DNA of 54,831 nt from an uncultured Syntrophomonas sp. (lineage in GTDB: Bacteria; Bacillota; Syntrophomonadia; Syntrophomonadales; Syntrophomonadaceae). The position numbers were made by a program, and so were the translations under genes. Below are positions 42,708 through 51,411 of the stretch, piece after piece. Position 1 is the first letter of the stretch. Each line of letters opens with the position of its first letter. The stretch lies in the NCBI GenBank assembly GCA_964618175.1, contig CAZTZX010000004.1, positions 1-54,831 on the forward strand, in the 5' to 3' direction. The notes below the pieces were generated by a model. The model saw only the letters and a list, made by a program, of their open reading frames with translations. It made no database searches and was not told the origin of the DNA.

Positions 42708-43078
42708 TATTTTTCCTCCCTATAGGTTGCCCAAGTATGATCGGATTCCCATACTTTGACTGATTCAAGTCGATAACCAGCAAACTGACCTTTCATATGC
42801 TGATAAATAAAAGAAGCCAGATTCTCTGAGGTGGGGTTGATTTTATCAAATGGAGGAACTTCATTTATCAAGACATGATCGAACTGATCTAAAACCGCAG
42901 TCAGCTCAGCACGAATATCACGAAAATCAACTAGCATACCTATTGAATCCAGCTGCGAACCGGCAATTGTGATTTCGACCTTCCAGGTATGACCATGTAT
43001 GTTAGCACAATTACCAGAGTATCCAGATAGGTAATGGGCGGCATCGAAATCCTGGGAAACGGTTAAATAATAAGGCAT
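42707..43078 (-). CDS. queD: 6-carboxy-5,6,7,8-tetrahydropterin synthase
   Basis: DAAHYLSGYSGNCANIHGHTWKVE (His/Cys catalytic motif), 123 aa. Its stop shares one base with the queC ATG (TAATG). Confidence 0.9.
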   Translation of the reverse strand: MPYYLTVSQDFDAAHYLSGYSGNCANIHGHTWKVEITIAGSQLDSIGMLVDFRDIRAELTAVLDQFDHVLINEVPPFDKINPTSENLASFIYQHMKGQFAGYRLESVKVWESDHTWATYREEK

Positions 43079-43113
43079 ACTTCCTCCTAAATTTTCCTGT
43101 CGATACGCATTCT

Positions 43114-43142
43114 ATTTTAGCACCATATTTGTGAAATCCCAA
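43114..43142 (-). promoter_or_regulatory. Putative que-operon promoter
   Basis: On the minus strand: TTGGGA, 17-nt spacer, TGcTAAAAT (extended -10). This leaves a leader of only about 30 nt. Confidence 0.35.
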
Positions 43143-43204
43143 ACAGAAGTCATCATGCAATAAGGCAATATTCGTACTAGCAGATAGCTTGATGTCTTCA
43201 GTTC

Positions 43205-43220
43205 CATGCAAAACTGCATG
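43205..43220. promoter_or_regulatory. Palindrome CATGCA-N4-TGCATG within a cluster of ATGCA cores; candidate enhancer (UAS) for the sigma-54 promoter
   Basis: Perfect 6-bp arms. Further ATGCA/CATGC cores occur up to 43238. The palindrome lies 109-124 nt upstream of the -24 element. Confidence 0.35.
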
Positions 43221-43328
43221 CAACCAATGCAGCCATGCGTTTTGTCACGGCAGATATTTGGGCACCACATTAGCTTGGAGGCTCTGTAACTCAGCTCAAT
43301 GGGGGCTTATGCCGTGTTAGTGCTATTA

Positions 43329-43344
43329 TGGCACACTTATTGCT
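43329..43344 (+). promoter_or_regulatory. Sigma-54 (-24/-12) promoter
   Basis: TGGCAC-ACTTA-TTGCT is an exact match to TGGCAC-N5-TTGCW with GG-N10-GC spacing. It lies about 105 nt upstream of the ATG at 43451. Confidence 0.75.
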
Positions 43345-43450
43345 TTATCTATCAGCAAATAGTTGACCACGTATTGGAGAGGTGAACGCAAAATGATGTG
43401 GTCTTTCTATTGATACCACGTTTTGCAAGAGAACATAAGGAGGGGTATAA

Positions 43451-44821
43451 ATGGGTTTATCGTTAACTAAATACAATAATTATAAGAGTCTATACCAATC
43501 AAAACTAGTAGAGGCTGACGAGGCCGTGAAAGTCGTGAAATCTGGTGATTGGGTTCAGTATGGGGAATTTGTTATGCAGCCACGGGAACTTGATGCTGCG
43601 CTGGCTAAACGTGTCAATGAACTCCATGATGTAAAGGTTCGCGCTGTAACCATAACTATGGTTCCGGAAATCGTTAAAGCCGATCCGAAAAGAGAGCACT
43701 TTCGCTTTAATGATTGGCATTTCTCTGGGTTCTCCCGCGCTTTGCATGAACAAAACCTATGCAACTATATTCCCATTACCTATCACGAAGCCAAAAAAAT
43801 AATTAGTGAATTTGTTAGTATCGATGTTGCTTTTGTATTGGTGGCGCCCATGGATCGCAATGGCTATTTCAATTTGGGTACTTCCAACTCTATAACATCA
43901 TATGTGCTCGATAAAACCAAAACTGTAATCGTTGAGGTGAATAAATCTGTACCCGTATGCTTAGGCGGCAATAGTGAAGCGGTGCATATTTCGCAGGTTG
44001 ATTATATAGTGGAGAGTCAGGATAATACCAAACTTTTAAATCTTCCTAAGGTAAACATCAGCGATGAAGACCGTAAAGTTGCTCTTAATGTAATGGAGAA
44101 ACTGGAAGATGGTGCCTGCTTACAACTAGGCATCGGCGCCATGCCCAATGCCATTGGCGCCATGATTGCAGAATCTGGGCTCAAAGATCTAGGGATTCAT
44201 ACCGAAATGCTGGTGGACTCCTTTGTGGATATGTATAATTCCGGAGTTGTAACTGGTAAACGCAAGCAAATCGATAAGGGAAAAATCGTGTATACCTTTG
44301 CCATGGGAACTGATAAGCTTTACGATTTTTTAGATTTGAATCCGGTTTGTGCTAGTTATCCGGTTCATTATACCAATGATCCATTTATTATCGCCCAAAA
44401 TGATAAGGTTTTCGCCATAAATAACGCTATTGAAGTAGATCTTTTTAGCCAAGTAGCTTCGGAAGCTTCTGGGACCAGGCAAATATCAGGAACTGGTGGT
44501 CAGCTTGATTTTATGTTCGCTTCTTTCCGCTCCACAGGCGGCAAAGGTTTCATATGCCTTAGCTCTACCAAGAAGTTGTCAGATGGTACGGTGATTTCAC
44601 GCATTCGCCCCACCTTATCACCCGGCACAATTGTAACTATCCCCCGCTCCCTAAACTACTATGTAGCAACTGAATATGGAATCGCTTTGATGAAAGGACA
44701 AAGCACTTGGCAGCGTGCTGAAGAACTCATAAAAATAGCCCATCCGGACTTTCAAGATGAGTTGATCAAAGAAGCGGCCCGAATGAAAATTTGGGTACGT
44801 ACCAATAAACAAAATGATTAA
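43451..44821 (+). CDS. Acetyl-CoA hydrolase/transferase family protein (butyryl-CoA:acetate or 4-hydroxybutyrate CoA-transferase-like)
   Basis: YKSLYQSKLVEADEAVKVVKSGDWV, QLGIGAMPNA, GIHTEMLVDS, SGTGGQLDFMFAS. SD AAGGAGGGG. Confidence 0.85.
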   Translation: MGLSLTKYNNYKSLYQSKLVEADEAVKVVKSGDWVQYGEFVMQPRELDAALAKRVNELHDVKVRAVTITMVPEIVKADPKREHFRFNDWHFSGFSRALHEQNLCNYIPITYHEAKKIISEFVSIDVAFVLVAPMDRNGYFNLGTSNSITSYVLDKTKTVIVEVNKSVPVCLGGNSEAVHISQVDYIVESQDNTKLLNLPKVNISDEDRKVALNVMEKLEDGACLQLGIGAMPNAIGAMIAESGLKDLGIHTEMLVDSFVDMYNSGVVTGKRKQIDKGKIVYTFAMGTDKLYDFLDLNPVCASYPVHYTNDPFIIAQNDKVFAINNAIEVDLFSQVASEASGTRQISGTGGQLDFMFASFRSTGGKGFICLSSTKKLSDGTVISRIRPTLSPGTIVTIPRSLNYYVATEYGIALMKGQSTWQRAEELIKIAHPDFQDELIKEAARMKIWVRTNKQND

Positions 44822-44851
44822 TTCCCTTAAGCATTAAGATTTTTATCTTTT

Positions 44852-44878
44852 AGCGGGTGCTTAACCTTTGCACCCGCT
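44852..44878. terminator. Hairpin between the convergent CoA-transferase and activator genes
   Basis: AGCGGGTGC / GCACCCGCT form a 9-bp stem with a 9-nt loop. Confidence 0.6.
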
Positions 44879-44900
44879 TCATTGTGTAAACTAGGTCACA

Positions 44901-46994
44901 TTATCCTTTAGGGGTGACCTGATATTTTCGAGCTTTACGGGATATAGTTGAGGCATCTACCTCTAATATCTGGGCAGCTTTATAATAGGAGTCAGTAATC
45001 AAAAAGGTCTTTTCCAGCATTATTTTTTCCACGTATTCCACCGCGTTTTTCAAGGGTACGATTCTATTCACAGTAACAGGCCGATCATCATCATTAAAGG
45101 GTTCATCACTGTTAAATAAATAAGAAGGTAAGTGATTTAAGCCGATTTTCTCAGTACTTGAAGTAACTAGCAATCTTTCGATCAGATTTTCCAGCTCTCT
45201 AATATTTCCCGGCCAATCATAACGCATTAAAATTTCATAAACTTCAGGTTCAATTTCTTTTCTGTAATTATAATGATGGTTAAAGTGTATCAAGAAATGT
45301 CGTACTAGAAGAGGTATGTCTTCCAAGCGATCACGCAGGCTGGGCACATGAATCGGAATAACATTTAGACGGTAGTATAGATCCTCACGAAAATCTCCCT
45401 GTTTCACCATCTGTTCCAAGTTCTTATTAGTAATCGCAATAATCCGCACATCTATTTTTATCGGTTTAGTGCCTCCGACTCGAAAGATATCTCTCTCTTG
45501 GATAGCTCGTAATAGTTTAACCTGCAAATGCAAGGGAATGTCACCTATTTCATCCAGAAGTAATGTCCCCTCATGAGCTAACTCAAATAGTCCCGGCTTT
45601 CCCTCTTTCTTGGCTCCAGTAAATGCTCCCCCTTCATAGCCAAATAACTCAGACTCAATCAAGTTTTCGGGAATGGCTGTACAGTTCACCTTAACAAACG
45701 GCCCGTTTTTTCGGGCACTATGGCATTGAATAATTTCCGCTATGCGCTCTTTGCCCACTCCCGATTCACCCGATATTAATACCGTAGAATCAACTTCGGC
45801 AATTTTCATGGATTGGTAGACCAGGTTTTCCATCTCGGGATTTTTGAAGACCATTTCTCCGGACAACTGGACCTGCATTTGCTTCATTTGAAACTCGAAA
45901 TGAGCATTCAGTCCTTCTAATTGCTCGACCCGTTGCTTAAGCATATTCAATTCACTAACATCACGAACACTGGTGACAATCCGAAAAATATTGCCGTCCT
46001 CATCAAATACAGGAGTGGCCGACACCAATAAATTTGTGCCGGTCACTGTTGATAAGGTTATAGTAATTGATTTTCGTTGCTCTAATACCAGTATGGAAGC
46101 AGATCGAGATAAGATGCCCTGATCTACCAACTCATACATAGTTTTATTGACCAGCTCTTCCTCTCCTAAACCTGTCATACGTTTAATGGCCTGGTTTATG
46201 CGCAGTGTTAGTCCTTCCCCATCGGTAATATACAACCCATCGTAACTGGAATCAATGATAGCGTCCAGTTCTGCATTCAACGACTTTACATAAGCTAATT
46301 CCCGGGTAACTTTCTCCAGCTCCGAAGTGTCATATAACACGGCTACGGCACCGGTCACTTCACCATTATTAATGATGGGAGCACGATTAGTTATAAAGGA
46401 AGTATCACCAACCCGAATCTTAATTCCATACTCACATTTTTTACTCCTGATTATGTCAAATAGGTGACTCTCGGGAATAGCATCATTAATAAATGACCCC
46501 AGGACATCGCTACGTGGCAAACCGGTATATCGTTCTGCCGCACGATTCCATATTCGAATGATACCCTGGCAATCGATGGCTACAATTGGATTATAGGCGG
46601 AGTTAATTACTGTTTCCATCTGTCCAGCTAACTCATCGATAATACTGTTTAAGGCCACCATTATATCTGACTTGGTAAGGAATCCAATTACCTGATTATT
46701 TTTCACCACAGGATAACGACCAGTGTAGAAAATATCAACATCCCGAATGTCTTGTTCAGGATGCAGATACTTAACCTGTTGGGTCATATATTCTTTAATG
46801 GGATTCTCCATATCGATCCGATCAACTATAGCTCGAACAAGATGTGTTTTGGTTAACAATCCAACCATTTGGCCATTTTTCATGACCGGTGCCCCATCTA
46901 TTTTGTTTTTCATGAACAACCTTGCTGTCTCCCACAGGCTGCTGTCTGTATCCAGTACAATCGGATCAACGGTCATGAATTCATCGACCTTCAT
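44901..46994 (-). CDS. Sigma-54-dependent transcriptional activator (CBS pair, two PAS domains, AAA+ domain, HTH)
   Basis: VLISGESGVGKERIAE, GAFTGA, LLLDEIGDI, RIIAITNKNL, FREDLYYRLNV and NIRELENL. PAS cores: VAIDCQGIIRIWNRAAERYTG and GLYITDGEGLTLRINQAIKRMTG. SD GGAGGTGG. Confidence 0.9.
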   Translation of the reverse strand: MKVDEFMTVDPIVLDTDSSLWETARLFMKNKIDGAPVMKNGQMVGLLTKTHLVRAIVDRIDMENPIKEYMTQQVKYLHPEQDIRDVDIFYTGRYPVVKNNQVIGFLTKSDIMVALNSIIDELAGQMETVINSAYNPIVAIDCQGIIRIWNRAAERYTGLPRSDVLGSFINDAIPESHLFDIIRSKKCEYGIKIRVGDTSFITNRAPIINNGEVTGAVAVLYDTSELEKVTRELAYVKSLNAELDAIIDSSYDGLYITDGEGLTLRINQAIKRMTGLGEEELVNKTMYELVDQGILSRSASILVLEQRKSITITLSTVTGTNLLVSATPVFDEDGNIFRIVTSVRDVSELNMLKQRVEQLEGLNAHFEFQMKQMQVQLSGEMVFKNPEMENLVYQSMKIAEVDSTVLISGESGVGKERIAEIIQCHSARKNGPFVKVNCTAIPENLIESELFGYEGGAFTGAKKEGKPGLFELAHEGTLLLDEIGDIPLHLQVKLLRAIQERDIFRVGGTKPIKIDVRIIAITNKNLEQMVKQGDFREDLYYRLNVIPIHVPSLRDRLEDIPLLVRHFLIHFNHHYNYRKEIEPEVYEILMRYDWPGNIRELENLIERLLVTSSTEKIGLNHLPSYLFNSDEPFNDDDRPVTVNRIVPLKNAVEYVEKIMLEKTFLITDSYYKAAQILEVDASTISRKARKYQVTPKG

Positions 46995-47136
46995 ATTCCA
47001 CCTCCAAGTCCTAAATGATATATAAATATAGTGCTTAAGTATGCCAAAATGATCTATAATTAGAACTGTATATAATTAGTATATGGCTATTATTTACATT
47101 CTTTCTTTATTATCTTAGTTTATGGGAGAGGATAAA

Positions 47137-47829
47137 ATGAGCAACAACCCTTTATTCTTGCGAAAATACACTTGTCCACTATGTAAGACCCCTTTTAAGT
47201 CGCAAAGTATTCGCTCATCGGCTGTTTATGTAGAAAATCGTGAACCTGACCTTCATGTGATATACCGCGGTCACAGCCCCTTACATTACTCAATAATTGT
47301 GTGCCCAACCTGCGAATATGCGACATCTAATTCAACTTTTAGTGAGTCACTGCATGATGAGGTTGAAGTACCGCTTTCCCGTGCACTGAAAGTATTAAAA
47401 GAAGATAATCGCCCTGACTTTTGCGGTGAACGTGATGCTGAGCTTGCTTTACAGTGTTTTCGTTTGGCAGTTCGTACTGCGCAACTAAAAAAGGTTCCAC
47501 CTGGTGAATTAGCTGGGGTTTTCCTTGGTACTGCCTGGGTGGCACGTGAAACAGGCAAAACAGAGATTGAATCTCAATACCGAAAAGAAGCCCTCCAATA
47601 TTACCTTGAAGCCTATAACAGCTCATCTCAAATTGGTAATTTAAACGATTTACAGGCCGCTTATCTAATAGGTGAACTGTACCGTCAGGAGAAGAATTAC
47701 CCGCAAGCAGTCAATTGGTTCAATGTGGTTATATCCAATCCGCAAATAAAAAGCCATCCTTCCATTGAAAAGATGGCCCGGGAACAATGGGCCCTCAGTC
47801 GCGAGGAAGCCCAGCAGGAAAAAGGGTAA
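47137..47829 (+). CDS. DUF2225-family protein (zinc-ribbon plus TPR-like region)
   Basis: YTCPLCKTPFKS ... VCPTCEYA form two CxxC pairs. The ATG at 47137 follows GGGAGAGG. Confidence 0.7.
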   Translation: MSNNPLFLRKYTCPLCKTPFKSQSIRSSAVYVENREPDLHVIYRGHSPLHYSIIVCPTCEYATSNSTFSESLHDEVEVPLSRALKVLKEDNRPDFCGERDAELALQCFRLAVRTAQLKKVPPGELAGVFLGTAWVARETGKTEIESQYRKEALQYYLEAYNSSSQIGNLNDLQAAYLIGELYRQEKNYPQAVNWFNVVISNPQIKSHPSIEKMAREQWALSREEAQQEKG

Positions 47830-47835
47830 ACGGTT

Positions 47836-50800
47836 TTATAACTTAATTAGTTCGCGCTTATCAAAAAAGTAAAGATACATCTCCCGTACAGGTTTGCCAT
47901 GGATTTGTTCAAGGGCACGCCGATACCAGTAAACTTGATTCTGATAATGCTCTACTCGTTTCTCCAAGTTGTATTCGGTAATACGATCGCTTTTATAATC
48001 CACCAGTATAAAACCATCATTTTCCTCAAAGTACAGATCGATAACTCCCTGCACCAATAGAGTCTCATCACTGATATTCTCTCCGCTTATAACTTCATTA
48101 GCCGGGCAAATCAAATTAAATGGTGCCTCGCGATATACTCGGGCAGCACTTTTAATACGTTGACCCAAGGGTGAGTTTACAAAAACTTGAATGGCCTCTA
48201 AATCTACAGTCTCCGCCTCCAACTCAGATAGTATTTCTCGGTTCACCAGGCTTTCCAATAAAGCAGACAGCGAGGCAAGCGAGCCGTCCATATTGATCTG
48301 GCCAAGGTGCTGCATAACTTTATGCATGGCTGTACCCCGCTGTAGTGCATTGAGCCGCGGGGCTGGATCGATAAACTGAGGTTGGGTTATGACCTCCGGA
48401 ACTTGTATGGCTATTTGCTGACGGTCGGCTTTATAGTTTTCCCGGATTTGGGTTACGAAGAGTTTGGAGGGCAAGGTTTCACTTTCCTTAAAAGGATAAT
48501 TCCAATTGAGGATAGCAAATATTTTTTCTTGTTCATCGGAAACCGGCATCTCCTGCTCCGCTTTCCAAAGCTGTCCGGTTATTTCAGCCCTTTGTCGCTT
48601 ACGCTTCAGCTTCTCTCCCAGACTGAAACGGCTTAATATCTGTACCTGCCAACAGCAGGTGTCTTGAATTATAGGTTCTTCCCAGGCAGTGGTCATACGA
48701 TCTCGCAGCTGACTTCCTTGGGAATGACGCATTATTACCGGTACCACCCAGTCCAAAAAGCAGCGGGCCTGAGCCAGTTGATGATGTGCCATTGGCCGAG
48801 CCCAGCGCTTCACCGCAGTGTCGATTCGCCTCACTGAGCCCACTAAAATAAGCTTATTCTTGGGGCGCGTGCAAGCCACGTAGAGAATACGCATCTCTTC
48901 TGATAAATTCTCGGAACGGATCCTCTGTTTTACAACATTACGAGCAATAGTATCCATACTAGCTCTTAACTGCAGGTTTACAAAACGCGGCCCCAGTCCC
49001 AGATCCTTATGCAGCAACAGAGGATTGGTCAGATCACGCAGATTAAACTGTCGACCCATCCCGGCCACTATAACTATTGGAAATTCCAGGCCTTTGCTTT
49101 TATGAATGCTCATCAACCGCACCACATTATCGTTTTCTCCCAGAATCTTAGCCATATCCATGTCTCCGCTACTGGCTTGAATTTGTTCTATGTAACGCAA
49201 GAATTGAAATAATCCCTTAAAGGAGGTATTTTGAAACTGTCTGGCCCGGTCATGCAGTATGCGTAAATTAGCCTGTCGTTGAATACCCCCTGGCATAGCG
49301 CCTACGTAGTGATAGAACCCGGTTTCCAGTAAGACCTGCCACAGAAAAGTGTCCATCGGTAACAAACGAGCTTCCTTTTTCCACCGATTAAGCTGATCGA
49401 TCATAGCCACCAGGCGTTGGCCTAATTGATTATTATTACTGTCTCCGTACTTTTTGACCGCTTCATAAAAGGTTCCTTTCGGGCTATCTGCACGGATAGT
49501 TATCAAGTCGTCCACCGAAAAATCAAAAATGGGTGAGCGCATAACTCCTGTCAGTGGAATATCCTGGCGTTTATTATCTACTAGACGGAGCAGATCCAGA
49601 AAAATGCCTACTTCCACGGTATCAAAATAGCCACTATTTACATCTGCATAACAAGGAATATTCTCGGCCAAAAATATTTCCTGAAACACCCCGACCCACT
49701 TGGCGGTAGATCGCATAAGAATGACAATGTCACGATAATTGACCGGGCGACAATCATTCAGCCTCGTGTCCCAGATCTGTTGAGTCAACAGTTTTTTGAT
49801 GCGTTCCGTTACCAGACGGGCTTCTATTTCTATCTGGTCAGCTTCTTCCAGTATATCTTCCTCATCAGGATCAGCTTGAGCGTCACGGTCAATTATTAAT
49901 AATTCAACATCTCCCGGGCTTAACGGTCTTTCCAGGGTGCCATGTACCAATTTTACTTCCTCATCATAGACTACTTCACCCAGCTGTGCGGACATTATAT
50001 GCTCAAAAATGCAGTTAACTGCGTCAATGATCGGCTGGCTGCAACGGAAATTTTGATCCAGGTTTATACGGCGGTCAATGCTTGCGTCTTGCACCTTAAA
50101 ATCGTGATATTTTTCTATGAACAAACTAGGGTCAGAGAGGCGAAATCGATAAATGCTCTGTTTAACATCACCCACCATAAACATATTGTCCTGCCTTTTA
50201 ATCTGATTGAGCAGGGTTTCTTGAACGGGATTACTGTCTTGATATTCATCAACAAAAATATATGCAAATCGCTGGCGATAGTCGTCAGCCGCCTCAGGAA
50301 ACCGAAGTATAGATAGAGCACAGTGCTCCAGATTATTAAAATCCAACAGACTCTTTTCCATCATGTGCTGATGGTATAGATCAGCAAATCGTTCTACGAT
50401 TTGATAAAGCGATAGCATAACCTTATGGAGCTGGTTTAACTCATCGATAAGTTCCTCAGGATGACGCGGCAATATTTCGGTGATGCTTTTGAGTATGTCC
50501 CGAGCCTCCTGGCGCAGTTCCTTTACTTCCGCAACCAAGCCGGGATCAGCATCCTTTTCGGCGGGTTTCAAACGAGAAAGTGCAAAACCCTTAATAAAAG
50601 TATAAAATTCGCTGAGGTCATGCTGGAAGTATGCAGTTTTCAAATCCTTCATCTGCTGCAGATCCAAGCTTAGAGTCTCCAGTTGGCGCTGTGACCCTCC
50701 CGGCATCAGGCATTTCGCCTGTGCTATTTCCAAAAGCTGCTCGACTGCCGTTAGCCGCTGTTCAAGTATCATATGCAGCTCTGATCCCCAACTGCTCTGT

Positions 50801-51411
50801 TCAAATTGAGCTTTATCCGCCGTAAACATGGCCGTTTTCTCCTGTAACCAGATCAACGGATCAGGTTGGCTTTGCATAAAATCATATATCTGTAGAACAA
50901 GGTCTCTAAGCGGGCTGTCATCACGGCTGGAAGAAAATATTTCCACTAGTTCAATAAAGCCGGGGTCACTTTGTTCATATTGCTCTTCCATCAGTTCTTC
51001 CATAACTTCCATTTTTATTAATCCTGCCTCAGTTTGGTCGGCGATGCGATAACGGGGATCAAGATCAATCAGATGAAAATAGTTGCGAACTATCTGGTTA
51101 CAGAAAGAGTGCAGAGTGCTTATTTGGGCGTGATTTAGCAAGAGCAACTGTTTGCGCAGATGAAGGTCATGGCCATCCTTTTCGATTGTTTCCATCAAAG
51201 CAGTACTGATGCGTTCTCTCATTTCCGCAGCAGCGGCCTGGGTAAAGGTGACCACCAACAGGCGATCAATATCTACTTTTTGATTAATAATTATATGTAA
51301 AATGCGCTGCACTAGGACAGCAGTTTTTCCAGAGCCAGCCGAAGCGGCCACCAATAAATTACTACCTTGGGCTTCAATAGCTTGCTGCTGTTGAGGAGTC
51401 CATTCAGTCAT
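47836..51411 (-). CDS. addA: Helicase-nuclease AddAB, subunit A
   Basis: UvrD-type motifs VAASAGSGKTAVLVQR, IFVDEYQDSNPVQE and SIHKSKGLEFPIV. C-terminal RecB-type nuclease: GVIDLYFEENDGFILVDYKSD. Confidence 0.92.
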   Translation of the reverse strand: MTEWTPQQQQAIEAQGSNLLVAASAGSGKTAVLVQRILHIIINQKVDIDRLLVVTFTQAAAAEMRERISTALMETIEKDGHDLHLRKQLLLLNHAQISTLHSFCNQIVRNYFHLIDLDPRYRIADQTEAGLIKMEVMEELMEEQYEQSDPGFIELVEIFSSSRDDSPLRDLVLQIYDFMQSQPDPLIWLQEKTAMFTADKAQFEQSSWGSELHMILEQRLTAVEQLLEIAQAKCLMPGGSQRQLETLSLDLQQMKDLKTAYFQHDLSEFYTFIKGFALSRLKPAEKDADPGLVAEVKELRQEARDILKSITEILPRHPEELIDELNQLHKVMLSLYQIVERFADLYHQHMMEKSLLDFNNLEHCALSILRFPEAADDYRQRFAYIFVDEYQDSNPVQETLLNQIKRQDNMFMVGDVKQSIYRFRLSDPSLFIEKYHDFKVQDASIDRRINLDQNFRCSQPIIDAVNCIFEHIMSAQLGEVVYDEEVKLVHGTLERPLSPGDVELLIIDRDAQADPDEEDILEEADQIEIEARLVTERIKKLLTQQIWDTRLNDCRPVNYRDIVILMRSTAKWVGVFQEIFLAENIPCYADVNSGYFDTVEVGIFLDLLRLVDNKRQDIPLTGVMRSPIFDFSVDDLITIRADSPKGTFYEAVKKYGDSNNNQLGQRLVAMIDQLNRWKKEARLLPMDTFLWQVLLETGFYHYVGAMPGGIQRQANLRILHDRARQFQNTSFKGLFQFLRYIEQIQASSGDMDMAKILGENDNVVRLMSIHKSKGLEFPIVIVAGMGRQFNLRDLTNPLLLHKDLGLGPRFVNLQLRASMDTIARNVVKQRIRSENLSEEMRILYVACTRPKNKLILVGSVRRIDTAVKRWARPMAHHQLAQARCFLDWVVPVIMRHSQGSQLRDRMTTAWEEPIIQDTCCWQVQILSRFSLGEKLKRKRQRAEITGQLWKAEQEMPVSDEQEKIFAILNWNYPFKESETLPSKLFVTQIRENYKADRQQIAIQVPEVITQPQFIDPAPRLNALQRGTAMHKVMQHLGQINMDGSLASLSALLESLVNREILSELEAETVDLEAIQVFVNSPLGQRIKSAARVYREAPFNLICPANEVISGENISDETLLVQGVIDLYFEENDGFILVDYKSDRITEYNLEKRVEHYQNQVYWYRRALEQIHGKPVREMYLYFFDKRELIKL

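Noticed and set aside
43079-43200. Expected preQ1 riboswitch upstream of queD
   Set aside because: Read on the minus strand, the leader (..GCGTATCGACAGGAAAATTTAGGAGGAAGT-ATG) shows no 5-bp P1 stem, no conserved loop and no A-rich AAAAAACUA tail. The predicted 5' UTR is also too short. A covariance-model scan would be decisive.
43260-43275. Second sigma-54-like element GGGCACCACATTAGCT upstream of the consensus one
   Set aside because: The GG-N10-GC spacing is correct, but two consensus positions are mismatched and the site lies 176 nt from the ATG. The perfect element at 43329 is the better call. It could be a minor tandem promoter, so it is not excluded completely.
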